A stretch of DNA of 64,000 nucleotides from Candidatus Buchananbacteria bacterium. GTDB lineage: Bacteria; Patescibacteriota; Patescibacteriia; Buchananbacterales; UBA6539. The notes below the pieces were generated by a model. That model did no database searches. It saw only the letters and a program-made list of their open reading frames with translations, and was not told the DNA's origin. The translations under genes were made by a program, and so were the position numbers. This document shows, piece after piece, positions 1-9,298 of the stretch (its first letter is position 1; the number at the start of each line of letters is the position of its first letter). The stretch spans positions 134,410 through 198,409 of the forward strand of contig JABWCG010000001.1 of assembly GCA_013359225.1 (NCBI GenBank), written 5' to 3'.

Positions 1-2
1 TT

Positions 3-917
3 GACAATTTTGTTTCCGGAGACGAAAGCAATATTGATCATTTACTGCAAAATCCTGACTTTCAGTTTATTAAGCACGACATCAATCAGCCCATTAACCT
101 GGAAGAGTTGCCGGAGTTAGAAAAATTTCAGGTCAAGTTTCAAGGTGTGCAGGAAATTTATCATCTTGCAGTTCCGACTTCGCCAAAGGATTTTGAACGT
201 CTAAAAGTTGATACGGTTTTGACTAATTCCGTTGGTACCAAAAATGTATTAGACTTGGCGGTTAAGTATAACGCGAAATTTTTGTTAACATCTTCAGCAG
301 TTGTTTACGGCCCGAGAAATACTCAAGACCCGTACTTCAGGGAAGATTATATTGGCGAAGTTGATCAGCTGAGCCCGCGTGCCTGTTATGATGAAGGTAA
401 GCGTTTTGCTGAAACCTTAACGAGAACGTATGGTGAAGCACATAATCTTGACACCAAAATTGTCAGAATATTTAGAACGTACGGCCCACGAATGAAACTT
501 AAAACCGGCGAAATGTTACCAGACTTTGTATCCAACGCTTTAGAGGGTCAAGATTTGGTTATTTTTGGGGATGAAAATTTTTCTTCATCGTTTTGCCATG
601 TTTCTGACGTTGTCCAAGGGCTAACCAAGATTATGAAGAGCGGTGAAGCCGGACCAATTAATTTAGGCAGTGATTTGGAGTATAAAATTGTTGACGTGGC
701 GAAAAAAGTCATTGAGTTAACTAATTCAAAATCAAAAATTGTTTTTGAGAAACCGTTGCTGTTCATGAGTCCTTTGGGATTGCCGGATATTACGGCGGCA
801 AAAGAAAGATTTGGTTGGTTTCCGGTAGTGTTGTTGGAAGCGGGCATTAAGGGAGCGATTGATTATTTTCGAGCTCATAAAGCCATTCTTGGACCAACAT
901 CAAGATTAAAGAGATAA
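3..917 (+). CDS. NAD-dependent epimerase/dehydratase, UDP-glucuronate decarboxylase (UXS)-like; 5' end runs off the window
   Basis: The frame is open from base 3 (DNFVSGDESNIDHLLQNPDFQFIKHDINQP...). QEIYHLAVPTSP, LLTSSAVVYG and the YDEGKR catalytic region match the short-chain dehydratase pattern of UXS/ArnA-like enzymes. The N-terminal Rossmann GxxGxxG lies upstream of the window. Confidence 0.7.
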   Translation, partial: DNFVSGDESNIDHLLQNPDFQFIKHDINQPINLEELPELEKFQVKFQGVQEIYHLAVPTSPKDFERLKVDTVLTNSVGTKNVLDLAVKYNAKFLLTSSAVVYGPRNTQDPYFREDYIGEVDQLSPRACYDEGKRFAETLTRTYGEAHNLDTKIVRIFRTYGPRMKLKTGEMLPDFVSNALEGQDLVIFGDENFSSSFCHVSDVVQGLTKIMKSGEAGPINLGSDLEYKIVDVAKKVIELTNSKSKIVFEKPLLFMSPLGLPDITAAKERFGWFPVVLLEAGIKGAIDYFRAHKAILGPTSRLKR

Positions 918-926
918 AAAACCGCT

Positions 927-1598
927 ATGAAAGTAATTGCAGTTATTCCGGCATTCAATGAAGCTCGGGTGATTGGTCGAGTGATTAATGAAGTTAAATC
1001 GCGAGTTGATGAAGTCGTTGTAGTTGATGACGGCTCAACTGACGAAACTTTTGCGGTGTCCGAGAGCACCGGGGCTGTGGTTTTGCAGCATGTCATTAAT
1101 CGTGGCCAGGGTGCAGCTTTGCAAACTGGTATTATTTTTGCCCTAAAGCGTCAAGCTGATATCATTGTCACTTTTGATGCTGATGGCCAGCATCAAGCAA
1201 GTGAGATAACTCGAATGACTGAACCGCTACTGCTGGGAAAAGTTGATGTAGTCTTGGGTTCTCGATTTCTAGATTTTTCAAGCAATATGCCACCTAGCCG
1301 CCGGTTAGTACTTCAGCTTGCAACTTTATTTACTAAGGTTTATACCGGTCTGAAGGTCACTGATACCCATAATGGGTTTCGTGCTTTCTCACGCTTGGCA
1401 GCTGAAAAAATCGAAATCAAGCAGGACGGTATGGCTCACGCTTCAGAAATTATTGAGCAAATCAAAAAACGCCAGTTGCGTTTTGTAGAAGTAGCGGTCA
1501 AAATTGTGTATTCTGATTATTCGCTGCAGAAGGGTCAAAAACTATCCAACTCCTTTAAAATTCTTTGGGATTTAATTATTGGCCGTCTAACCAAATGA
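927..1598 (+). CDS. Family 2 glycosyltransferase (dolichol-P-sugar / GtrB-like)
   Basis: Has the N-terminal GT-A signature VIPAFNEA...VVVVDDGSTDET and the FDADGQH DxD-type motif. It is about 220 aa. Confidence 0.75.
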   Translation: MKVIAVIPAFNEARVIGRVINEVKSRVDEVVVVDDGSTDETFAVSESTGAVVLQHVINRGQGAALQTGIIFALKRQADIIVTFDADGQHQASEITRMTEPLLLGKVDVVLGSRFLDFSSNMPPSRRLVLQLATLFTKVYTGLKVTDTHNGFRAFSRLAAEKIEIKQDGMAHASEIIEQIKKRQLRFVEVAVKIVYSDYSLQKGQKLSNSFKILWDLIIGRLTK

Positions 1599-1924
1599 TT
1601 ATTAAGTTTATTATCATTTTATTCGTCTTAGTGGCGCTTTGGCGCACTTTTTGGCGCTTCAAAAAGAATGATATTACCGTTCAGGAATTGGTGATCTGGT
1701 CTGTTTTTTGGCTTGTGGTGGCGGCGGCAACGTTGGTGCCAAAGGAAACAGACACTATCGCCCAATTTGTTGGGGTTGAGCGGGGTGCGGATTTGCTAGT
1801 GTATCTCTCGATTTTGGTTTTATTTTTTGTCGTCTTTAAAATTATTGTCAAACTTGAAAAGATTGATCGGGACATCACTAAATTGGTCAGGGGAGTAGCA
1901 ATTACCAAAAAAGATGGTCAGTAA
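1595..1924 (+). CDS. Small 3-TM membrane protein, DUF2304-like companion of GT2
   Basis: I place the start at ATG 1595, which overlaps the upstream stop as ATGA. It has hydrophobic helices and an ERGADL motif typical of the small membrane partners found next to GtrB-like GT2 genes. The ORF-track start at 1565 looks like an upstream extension. Confidence 0.45.
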   Translation: MIIKFIIILFVLVALWRTFWRFKKNDITVQELVIWSVFWLVVAAATLVPKETDTIAQFVGVERGADLLVYLSILVLFFVVFKIIVKLEKIDRDITKLVRGVAITKKDGQ

Positions 1925-2960
1925 AGTTTTATTAGTTATTGTCACCTATAATGCCGCTGGGTATATCACCGACTGTCTGTCTAGTCTGGATAAAATTAAT
2001 TATCCAAAAGCTGATTTAGAAATTTTGATTATTGATAACAATTCCAGCGATAATTCAGTTGAGTTGATAAAGAGGAATTGGCCGGATGTCACAGTTGTTG
2101 CCAACCAGGCCAATTTAGGGTTTGCCGGTGGTAATAATATTGGTTTTCGATATGCGGTCGATAAACATTTTGATTTTGTTTATTTATTGAATCAGGATAC
2201 AGAAGCTGATCCTGATTTTTTGATTAATGCTTTGACGGTCGCCCAAACTGATTCTAAAATTGGGGCCGTTCAGTCAAAGTTATTACTGTTTGATGATCAG
2301 GCCAAAATTAACAGTATTGGCAACGAGATTCATTATCTAGGCTTTGGTTACGCCGGCGGCCACAAAACCAAAGACCATAGTATTGGGGAGCGTGAAATCA
2401 CCTATCCGTCCGGTGCTGCAAGTTTATTTTCGGTTACTGCACTAAAAGATGTTGGTTTTTTTAATGAAGAATTTTTTATGTACCATGAAGATTTGGATCT
2501 GGGTTGGCGGCTGTGGTTGGCAGGCTATCGGATAGTTTTAGCGGGTCAGTCGGTGGTTTATCATAAGTATGAATTTTCGAGAAGTATCAAGAAGTTTTAC
2601 TTTATGGAGCGCAATCGTCGGCTTGTTGTCTTTCAAAATTATAAGCTAGGAACCTTGATATTAATTGCTCCAGCCTGCCTAGCGATGAATTTAATGATGC
2701 TTGGCTATTCTTTTATCGCCGGATGGCATCGTGAATTATTTAGATCGTACGCTTATTTATTGAAATCAGAAAACTGGCAAAAAATAAAAAAGACTCGGCA
2801 GCAAGTTCAGTCTAAGCGCCGAGTTCCTGACAGGGAGGTGGTTAAGCGGTTTGTTGGTAAAATTGAATTCCAAGATTTAAATAATCCACTCCTTAAATAT
2901 GTTGTTAATCCAGTATTTAATTTTTATTGGCTAATGGTAAGAAGGTTTATTTGGTGGTAA
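1914..2960 (+). CDS. Family 2 glycosyltransferase (rhamnosyltransferase-like)
   Basis: Has the GT2 signature VIVTYNAAGYITDCLSSL...ILIIDNNSSDNS followed by a DxD region (YLLNQDTEADPD). Confidence 0.75.
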   Translation: MVSKVLLVIVTYNAAGYITDCLSSLDKINYPKADLEILIIDNNSSDNSVELIKRNWPDVTVVANQANLGFAGGNNIGFRYAVDKHFDFVYLLNQDTEADPDFLINALTVAQTDSKIGAVQSKLLLFDDQAKINSIGNEIHYLGFGYAGGHKTKDHSIGEREITYPSGAASLFSVTALKDVGFFNEEFFMYHEDLDLGWRLWLAGYRIVLAGQSVVYHKYEFSRSIKKFYFMERNRRLVVFQNYKLGTLILIAPACLAMNLMMLGYSFIAGWHRELFRSYAYLLKSENWQKIKKTRQQVQSKRRVPDREVVKRFVGKIEFQDLNNPLLKYVVNPVFNFYWLMVRRFIWW

Positions 2961-3258
2961 CATCTTTAATCCACGCTTCGTAGTCTTTAGTAGTGAGAAA
3001 AAATTCCTTTTTGATGCAGGGCACTTGGTAGGAGTGCATTTTTTTTACCATTTTTTTTATATCATTCCAGTCTGATCCTTTGGCGGTAAGAAACGTTGCA
3101 ATTTCATTTGATTTTTGAACTTTATTTTTCCACCAGTAGTGACTTTTAATTGGTAAAAAGGTCGCGCAGGCGATTAGTCTGTTTTTTAATAAGGCGTTGG
3201 TGATTTTTTGAGCCTCGGTTAAATTTTTATAGGTAACGTAAATGGTGATTAATTTCAT
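2947..3258 (-). CDS. cutA: Divalent-cation tolerance protein CutA
   Basis: It is 103 aa. The N-terminus MKLITIYVTY...EAQKITNALLKNRLIACA and the IKSHYWWKNKV core match the CutA1 family. Confidence 0.7.
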   Translation of the reverse strand: MKLITIYVTYKNLTEAQKITNALLKNRLIACATFLPIKSHYWWKNKVQKSNEIATFLTAKGSDWNDIKKMVKKMHSYQVPCIKKEFFLTTKDYEAWIKDVTTK

Positions 3259-3264
3259 GACTAA

Positions 3265-3297
3265 ATTATACCATTTTTTCTAAAATAATTGAATTTT
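3265..3297 (-). promoter_or_regulatory. Putative promoter for cutA, with an extended -10 TGgTATAAT. Its predicted transcription start falls at the cutA ATG, so the mRNA would be leaderless
   Basis: The reverse complement reads TTCAAT-17 nt-TGGTATAAT, ending 6 nt before the ATG at 3258. There is no SD. Confidence 0.4.
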
Positions 3298-3323
3298 TAG
3301 CCAATTTAAGCTACTATATCGGT

Positions 3324-4472
3324 ATGAAAATTGCTATTGTTACTCCAACTTTTCCGCCATATGCCGGTGGTATTGGCAATGTGGCGGCGTTTAATGCCCG
3401 ACAGCTTGTTAGTCATGGTCATCAGGTGACGGTGTTTACTCCTCAGTATAAAATGGTGGCAGAAGAGGCTACCGACCTGGAGGTGAGGCGCATCAAACCT
3501 CTTATTAAATATGGCAATGCGGCGTTTGTGCCGGCCTTGGGCTGGATGCTGAAGGGATATGATCTCGTCCATATTCATTATCCTTTTTTTGGCGGTGCTG
3601 AAACGGTTTGGCTGTATCAAAGAAGGTTCAAAAAACAAAAAACCAAAATCGTGCTGCATTATCACATGGATGTGGTTGGTGAAGGAATATTCAAGTTGAT
3701 TTTTAAGATCCATCGAGCAATCTTTCTACCAAAAATTATTAAGATGTCAGACAGGGTTATTGTAACATCGATTGATTATGCCAAGAATTCAAATATTGCG
3801 GGGATGTTAGCAAAAACGCCTGCTAAATTCATTGAAGTCCCAAATGGTGTCGACGCCAACCATTTTGCGCCTCAGTCAAAAGATGAGTCGTTGTTGCAAA
3901 AACATCAGATCAATCAAACTGATAAGGTTGTGTTGTTTGTCGGCGGCCTTGATAAGGCCCATTATTTTAAAGGGATTGAATATCTTGTTGAAGCAATGAG
4001 TATTTTAAAGCAAGCGACTTATGAGTGGCGGCTGGTTGTTGTGGGTGAGGGGGAATTGCGTCGTGACTATCAGGATTTAGCGGCGCAACTAGGCATTGAT
4101 AATAAAGTCATTTTTACTGGGTATGTTCCAAACGATGACTTGGTAAAATATTATAATGTAGCAGATGTGGTTGTCTTGCCGTCAGTTGATAAGTCTGAGG
4201 CATTCGGGTTGACATTGGTTGAGGGTATGAGCTGTGCCAAAGCAGTTATTGCTTCAAATTTAGCCGGGGTTCGGGGAGTTATTGATCAGGAAATCAACGG
4301 ATTAGTTGTTCAGCCGCGAGACGCGAATGATTTGGCAACTAAAGTAAATTTTATTTTAATGCACCAAACACTGGCTGGTGAATACGGTCTGGCCGGACGT
4401 GAGAAAGTACTAAGAAAGTACAACTGGAAAATTATCGGCGAGCAGCTTGATAATCTCTATAAAAATTTATGA
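3324..4472 (+). CDS. Family 4 (GT-B) glycosyltransferase
   Basis: The N-terminus MKIAIVTPTFPPYAGGIGNVA and the C-terminal region EAFGLTLVEGMSCAKAVIAS fit GT4 (Glycos_transf_1). Confidence 0.75.
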   Translation: MKIAIVTPTFPPYAGGIGNVAAFNARQLVSHGHQVTVFTPQYKMVAEEATDLEVRRIKPLIKYGNAAFVPALGWMLKGYDLVHIHYPFFGGAETVWLYQRRFKKQKTKIVLHYHMDVVGEGIFKLIFKIHRAIFLPKIIKMSDRVIVTSIDYAKNSNIAGMLAKTPAKFIEVPNGVDANHFAPQSKDESLLQKHQINQTDKVVLFVGGLDKAHYFKGIEYLVEAMSILKQATYEWRLVVVGEGELRRDYQDLAAQLGIDNKVIFTGYVPNDDLVKYYNVADVVVLPSVDKSEAFGLTLVEGMSCAKAVIASNLAGVRGVIDQEINGLVVQPRDANDLATKVNFILMHQTLAGEYGLAGREKVLRKYNWKIIGEQLDNLYKNL

Positions 4473-4843
4473 AAGACATACGGCAGATAATTTTTTGGTG
4501 GCTGGCAACCTTGTTGTGGTTTGGGGTAATATACTATTTTTCCAATCAGCCCGATTTAAAATCGCAATTTTTGCCGTCTTGGGATTTGGTGTTACGTAAA
4601 ATTGCTCATTTAGCAGAGTTTTTTGTTCTGGCATATTTATTTTTTAGGGCGTACCAGTCTGTAGGTTTTTCCAAAATAAAAAGTTTGATTTTTGCCCTTA
4701 TGTTTTCAGTGTTAGGTGCGGTCTTTGATGAATGGCATCAGAGCTTTATTTCTGGCAGAGTTGCCAGTATTACTGATATACTAATTGATAGTATTGGAGC
4801 TTTGGGGTTTAGCGTTTTACAGTTTAATCATTTGCGTAAATGA
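4469..4843 (+). CDS. VanZ-like membrane protein
   Basis: It is 124 aa with 3-4 TM helices. The LRKIAHLAEFFVLAYL motif is typical of the VanZ family. It overlaps both neighbouring genes by 4 nt. Confidence 0.55.
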   Translation: MKDIRQIIFWWLATLLWFGVIYYFSNQPDLKSQFLPSWDLVLRKIAHLAEFFVLAYLFFRAYQSVGFSKIKSLIFALMFSVLGAVFDEWHQSFISGRVASITDILIDSIGALGFSVLQFNHLRK

Positions 4844-6006
4844 AAATCTGTGTAATTCATAGCTTATTTAGGCCATATAAACGCGGCGGCGCCGAGGTGG
4901 TGGTTGATATTGTCGTTAATGAACTGGTTAAGATGGGCCACCGGGTTGTTATTATTACGCTTGGGCGAAAAAATCAGATCTATCAGGAAGCGGGGTTGAC
5001 TATCTATCGGATTAACCCGCTTAATGTGTTTTCTTTTTTGGATATCGACAAACGGCCGATTTGGTTGAGGATTTTTTGGCATCCGCTGGACGTATTTAAT
5101 GTGAGTAGCTATTTTAAAGTTAAAAAAATTTTAAAGCTGGAATCACCCGACGTGGTGATGACCCATAATCTTAAGGGTATTGGCTATCTTGTTCCGAAAG
5201 CGGTGCGATCTTTGCGGTTAAAACACATACATACCATTCATGATGTTCAGTTGTCTCGGCCTTCAGGGTTAATTTTGTATGGTCAGGAAAAACCCTTTTT
5301 AATTATTGATAAAATCTATGAAAAGATAGTGCGGGCTTTGATTGGCAGTCCGGACATTGTGGTGTCGCCATCAAGATGGCTAATGGGGTATTACCAGGCG
5401 CGCGGGTTTTTTTACGAATCAAAAAAGATTATTATGCCAAACCCCATTGTTTTTAAAAAGATTGATAAAAACATCGGTAAGGATAAGCCCGAAGGCTTGG
5501 TGACGCTGTTGTTTGTCGGCCAAATTGAGCAGTTTAAAGGCATTCTATTTTTGATTGAAGCCTTGAAGAAAGTCCGATTAAATAATTGGCGGCTGCAGAT
5601 TATTGGTTCAGGAAATGCACAAGACTTGGTGCAGCAAAAGATTATTGGGGACAGCCGTTTTGAAATGGTTGGTCGGGTATCTCAAGAAGAGCTTTTGGAG
5701 TATTATCGCGCCGCTGATGTTACGGTGGTGCCGTCGCTTTGCTATGAAAATTCACCGAAGGTAATTGATGAAAGTTTAATTGCCAATGTCCCTGTGATCG
5801 CCTCTGACATTGGCGGAGTGTCGGAAATTGTTAAAGATGATTATAATGGTTTTACCTTCGCTCCCGGCAACGAAAAAAATTTGATTGAGGTATTGGAATA
5901 CTTTTTATCTCATCCGGAAAAAATTGATGAACTAAAGAAAAATTGTTTTATTTCCGTTCGAAATTTTTCTACTAGCAACTACTTAAAAAAATTAATTTCT
6001 TTGTAA
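4840..6006 (+). CDS. Family 4 (GT-B) glycosyltransferase
   Basis: The N-terminus MKICVIHSLFRPYKRGGAEVVV and the C-terminal ENSPKVIDESLIANVPVIASDIGG fit GT4. Confidence 0.7.
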   Translation: MKICVIHSLFRPYKRGGAEVVVDIVVNELVKMGHRVVIITLGRKNQIYQEAGLTIYRINPLNVFSFLDIDKRPIWLRIFWHPLDVFNVSSYFKVKKILKLESPDVVMTHNLKGIGYLVPKAVRSLRLKHIHTIHDVQLSRPSGLILYGQEKPFLIIDKIYEKIVRALIGSPDIVVSPSRWLMGYYQARGFFYESKKIIMPNPIVFKKIDKNIGKDKPEGLVTLLFVGQIEQFKGILFLIEALKKVRLNNWRLQIIGSGNAQDLVQQKIIGDSRFEMVGRVSQEELLEYYRAADVTVVPSLCYENSPKVIDESLIANVPVIASDIGGVSEIVKDDYNGFTFAPGNEKNLIEVLEYFLSHPEKIDELKKNCFISVRNFSTSNYLKKLISL

Positions 6007-6009
6007 ACA

Positions 6010-6042
6010 AAAGAAAAACGACCAACGGTTGATGGTTGGTCG
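6010..6042 (-). terminator. Rho-independent terminator, minus strand, after the 122-aa island ORF
   Basis: The stem is CGACCAAC ... GTTGGTCG. On the minus strand it is followed by TTTTTCTTTT. Confidence 0.6.
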
Positions 6043-6070
6043 CAAGAGCAAGGATGAATTGCGGGGTTGG

Positions 6071-6439
6071 TCAGACAGCAACGGGCTGTCGGCCTTGGGA
6101 ACGCTGGATTGCCTCGGTGATGGCTTCTTCGGCGAAGAAGCCTTGAATTGAGGGTTTGCTGGCAATGTTTGCCGCCAGCATCCGGAGTTCGTCAGCCTTG
6201 TAGCTGACTTCATGAAGGAGTTCGAAAGCGTTGGGTACGTTTGGAACGTATTCGAATCGTTCGGCAATTCGATCCCAGAGTGCCTGGCCGGTGAGAGGAT
6301 TGTCTGGGTTATCGCAAGTCAGAGCGATGACTGCGACGCAAACCCATTCTTCATCTCCTCCCATCCAGAGGAAGTCCAGCAATTCGGCCATCTCTTCATG
6401 GCCGTTTGCCAGTTCGGCAAAAGTGCGAAGTAAAGGCAT
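6071..6439 (-). CDS. Hypothetical acidic protein, 122 aa, in an atypical island
   Basis: The ATG at 6439 sits 8 nt after a perfect GGAGGT SD. The longer ORF-track version (start 6685) has no RBS and overlaps an upstream terminator. I saw no recognisable family. Confidence 0.5.
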   Translation of the reverse strand: MPLLRTFAELANGHEEMAELLDFLWMGGDEEWVCVAVIALTCDNPDNPLTGQALWDRIAERFEYVPNVPNAFELLHEVSYKADELRMLAANIASKPSIQGFFAEEAITEAIQRSQGRQPVAV

Positions 6440-6527
6440 AAGACGGTACCTCCGTGGTTGGTTTGAGTTGGGTGCCTGCCTTTTGGTAATTTGAAAGTAC
6501 CATAAAACACTAAAAAAATCAAGTCTC

Positions 6528-6557
6528 AATAAAAACGACCAGCGGTTAGGTGGTCGT
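6528..6557 (-). terminator. Rho-independent terminator, minus strand, overlapping the stop of the 161-aa island ORF
   Basis: The stem is ACGACCA ... TGGTCGT. On the minus strand it is followed by TTTTTATT. Confidence 0.6.
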
Positions 6558-7031
6558 TGACGGCATCTTGACTTCCAGGATGCGTTCAATTTCTTCGGCG
6601 ATATTCCGAATATTTTTTCCGATTTGCGGCCTGTCAATGCCGGTTTCATCGGTTTCGGAATAAAACTTTTGCCGCAGATGGGCAAGCAGTTCTTCGTCGG
6701 AAAGGGGTGTTTCGCTGCCGTTGCAGCAGAGTATGGTTAGTGCTGCTGCGATTGCGTGATGGCTTAATTTCCGCAGCTCGCTACAGGAGCAAAGGAAATC
6801 AAAAATCACAATTAGCTCAAGGTTGCCGTTATGCAGCGCTTCAATGGTTGTGAACGGGTCAAACAATTCGACCAAAATTCGGCCAAGACCAGAACATTGA
6901 TTGCTGTTAAACAGCGAACACTCAGTGCAGATTTTCCCCCTTGACTCAAGAAAATCATGGAAGAAGGTGTCAGGTGGTTGCGGGCACTGTACCCGCGATA
7001 GTGCATGCACTACAAACGCCGGTGTGTCCAT
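6546..7031 (-). CDS. Hypothetical Cys-rich acidic protein, 161 aa, in an atypical island
   Basis: Has the SD AAGGGAGAT immediately before the ATG. A minus-strand TTGACA-17-TAAAGT promoter overlaps the stop of the 698-aa gene. It has eight Cys, including CTEC and a CC pair. No family was recognised. Confidence 0.5.
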   Translation of the reverse strand: MDTPAFVVHALSRVQCPQPPDTFFHDFLESRGKICTECSLFNSNQCSGLGRILVELFDPFTTIEALHNGNLELIVIFDFLCSCSELRKLSHHAIAAALTILCCNGSETPLSDEELLAHLRQKFYSETDETGIDRPQIGKNIRNIAEEIERILEVKMPSTTT

Positions 7032-7129
7032 ATCTCCCTTCCTTTTCTATGGTAACCCCGCTGGGTGGGGGTTTTGGCGCGGTTAGCGAATGAAGCTATA
7101 GGACACTTTAGTGTTTGTTGAAAAAAATG

Positions 7130-9226
7130 TCAATCCTTTGAATATTTAAAAATAGTCACTGTCCCATTATCAATCTCGTAAATTTGATCGGCGGTTTTTT
7201 TAGCTTTAGCTTTGATTTTTTCAGCATTATTCCAATAACTATTTAAAACAAAGTAACCTTCATTAACCCCGGTTGCTGACATTGCCCGATTCATAGTTTC
7301 CTTTGTAGTATCCTGATAAATCATCGCCAAGAAGTGCTCATATAAAGTTTGGTTTTTGCCGCTGGGCATTGAGTAGAAAAATTGATCGCCGTAGTATTTT
7401 TTAAAACCAAATTCGTTAATAGCCGCGACGCCGATCATTTGATTTGCCAGAACAATATGGTCAGGGCTGGCAATTTGCTCGATGAAGTTAACTGCTTTGA
7501 TATCCGATTCGGAAACACTAAAAAATTTTGCCGGCTGGTACCGATCAAGCGCCGGGTATGATAGGTATAAAGAAATACTGAGCCCGCCGCTAATGGCAAA
7601 AACTAAAAATATTTTTGCAAACCAATCTTTTTCCCACAGGTTTTTGATAATAATTGAAAGTCCAAGTAGGAAGAATGGCAGCAGAATGTAAAATGTCAGC
7701 ACTAATAGTCTGCTAACAAAGTCGGCTTGGTCGTTATCGCGTAGGCTAGGGAACGTTAACCAATAGCGAATAATTAAATAATCAGCAAAAAGTACTGCCG
7801 CCGCCGCTAAGAAAGGTGCGTTGTTTTTGAGTAAGCGGCGTTTAGTAACATACATGATACCTAGCAGGATAATCGCTGACGCGATAATCAGGCGATTTAG
7901 ATCAGCTAGATATACGAGATTGAGAGCTAAATCAAACTTGTTAACCCATCCGGCAATTGAAATATCCGTCAATTTGAAATCAGGATCAAAGTTAATCGCT
8001 GAACCGTTGAGAAGAAAAGCCATGGGTAAGAAAATAACAAATACTGCCGCCGCCAAAAAGTATAATGTTAAGTATTTGCTATAGCTGTTGTATAAGATTT
8101 TAAACAGGTTTAGCAGTATAACGGCGATAATCAGTGGAATGCCGGCGAGCGGATGAACAGCCGTGGTGGCAAATGCTAAAAGGTATAATATCATGCCATC
8201 AACCTGGTTGCGGTAATAAAGCAGCGACAACAAAATGGTGATTAAAAATAGTACATTAGCAAGATTTTGCGGCGCCGTCATAATAAAACTGCTAAACGGT
8301 ATGACAAGTGCTGCTAGTGCTAAAGTGAGAGCGTAGTTTTTATGGAGCCAGAGATTAAAAACATAAAAAATTGTTGGGCCGACTATTAGTGAAAATAGTG
8401 CCGGAACTAGTACGCGATCAATCAAACTTAGGTCAATCATTGAAATTTTAGCAAGAAAAATTACAATGGCGTATTGCCCGAGGTAGTATAGCGGTGTGGG
8501 GTGGATCTGCCCGGTGGCGCTAATTATTCTTTCGGTCGCCTGGTGGATAAAAGGATCAAATCCATAGCCAATTTTATAGACAATCGTGGCAATGCCGGTA
8601 CTTAGGAAGGTATGAATAATAATTAACGCCAGCGGCCCCTTGGTTCGGTGCGAACGTAAGAGGTACGTTGCTAAAATGGTGGTAGCGATAAAATAGATTG
8701 GGAAGAAAAATTGATGTACTGTTTGCCAGGGAGTTTGAATTGATTGAGTGGTCTGGCCTTGAACCAATAGATAAAATCCGCCGGCGGCGAAAAAGAGATA
8801 TGCAATAGCTAATAAGAAATTAGTTTTAGATTCGCGCCGCTCGTCAAATTTATCAAGATAATTTTTTATCAGTTCTTTGACAGACAGTTTTTTTCTTAAG
8901 TGGGAATAGTAGTAGGGCGTAATGAACAGCATTGGTAATAGAAACACCAGGGAAATTATAAAATAGTCATCAAGTTTCAAAAAGAGCAGTGCTACCGTCC
9001 CGGCCAAGCTGATTAGCGCTAACAAAAAAACAAATCCCAGCATGATTTGCCATCCTGGTTTGGCGATAAAAATCGAGCCAAGAATGAAGCTCAGGAATAA
9101 TAAGTAACAGAAAGTCAGGCCCAGTGCCACGATTTGATTTTGCCAGGCAGTGATATTAAAAACCAGACCAAAGCAAAGGATGGCTGAGATGAGAACATAT
9201 TGAGACTGGCTTAGTTTTTCTTCCAT
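7130..9226 (-). CDS. Large polytopic membrane protein (698 aa), putative GT-C-type glycosyltransferase with a C-terminal periplasmic domain
   Basis: It has more than 12 predicted TM helices and then a ~200 aa soluble C-terminal domain. LDDY sits in an early loop. The architecture and genomic context resemble ArnT/PMT/YfhO-like GT-C enzymes. I cannot tell the family from sequence alone. Confidence 0.5.
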   Translation of the reverse strand: MEEKLSQSQYVLISAILCFGLVFNITAWQNQIVALGLTFCYLLFLSFILGSIFIAKPGWQIMLGFVFLLALISLAGTVALLFLKLDDYFIISLVFLLPMLFITPYYYSHLRKKLSVKELIKNYLDKFDERRESKTNFLLAIAYLFFAAGGFYLLVQGQTTQSIQTPWQTVHQFFFPIYFIATTILATYLLRSHRTKGPLALIIIHTFLSTGIATIVYKIGYGFDPFIHQATERIISATGQIHPTPLYYLGQYAIVIFLAKISMIDLSLIDRVLVPALFSLIVGPTIFYVFNLWLHKNYALTLALAALVIPFSSFIMTAPQNLANVLFLITILLSLLYYRNQVDGMILYLLAFATTAVHPLAGIPLIIAVILLNLFKILYNSYSKYLTLYFLAAAVFVIFLPMAFLLNGSAINFDPDFKLTDISIAGWVNKFDLALNLVYLADLNRLIIASAIILLGIMYVTKRRLLKNNAPFLAAAAVLFADYLIIRYWLTFPSLRDNDQADFVSRLLVLTFYILLPFFLLGLSIIIKNLWEKDWFAKIFLVFAISGGLSISLYLSYPALDRYQPAKFFSVSESDIKAVNFIEQIASPDHIVLANQMIGVAAINEFGFKKYYGDQFFYSMPSGKNQTLYEHFLAMIYQDTTKETMNRAMSATGVNEGYFVLNSYWNNAEKIKAKAKKTADQIYEIDNGTVTIFKYSKD

Positions 9227-9298
9227 TGTCTATTTTTATATCAGGATGATTATATTTTAGCACAAAATGCCTAATGTTTGCTATAATAATAAGGTATT

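Noticed and set aside
6071-6685. ORF-track version of the island-1 gene as a 204-aa protein starting at 6685
   Set aside because: The first 82 codons have no RBS and run through the upstream gene's terminator hairpin. An internal ATG at 6439 has a perfect GGAGGT SD at 8 nt spacing, so the real product is 122 aa.
6546-7031. Possible HEPN-like Rx4H motif (RKLSHH) in the 161-aa island protein, suggesting a HEPN/MNT toxin-antitoxin pair
   Set aside because: A single short motif in a Cys-rich protein is not enough. The neighbouring 122-aa protein lacks the GSx(n)DxD nucleotidyltransferase motif. I kept it as hypothetical.
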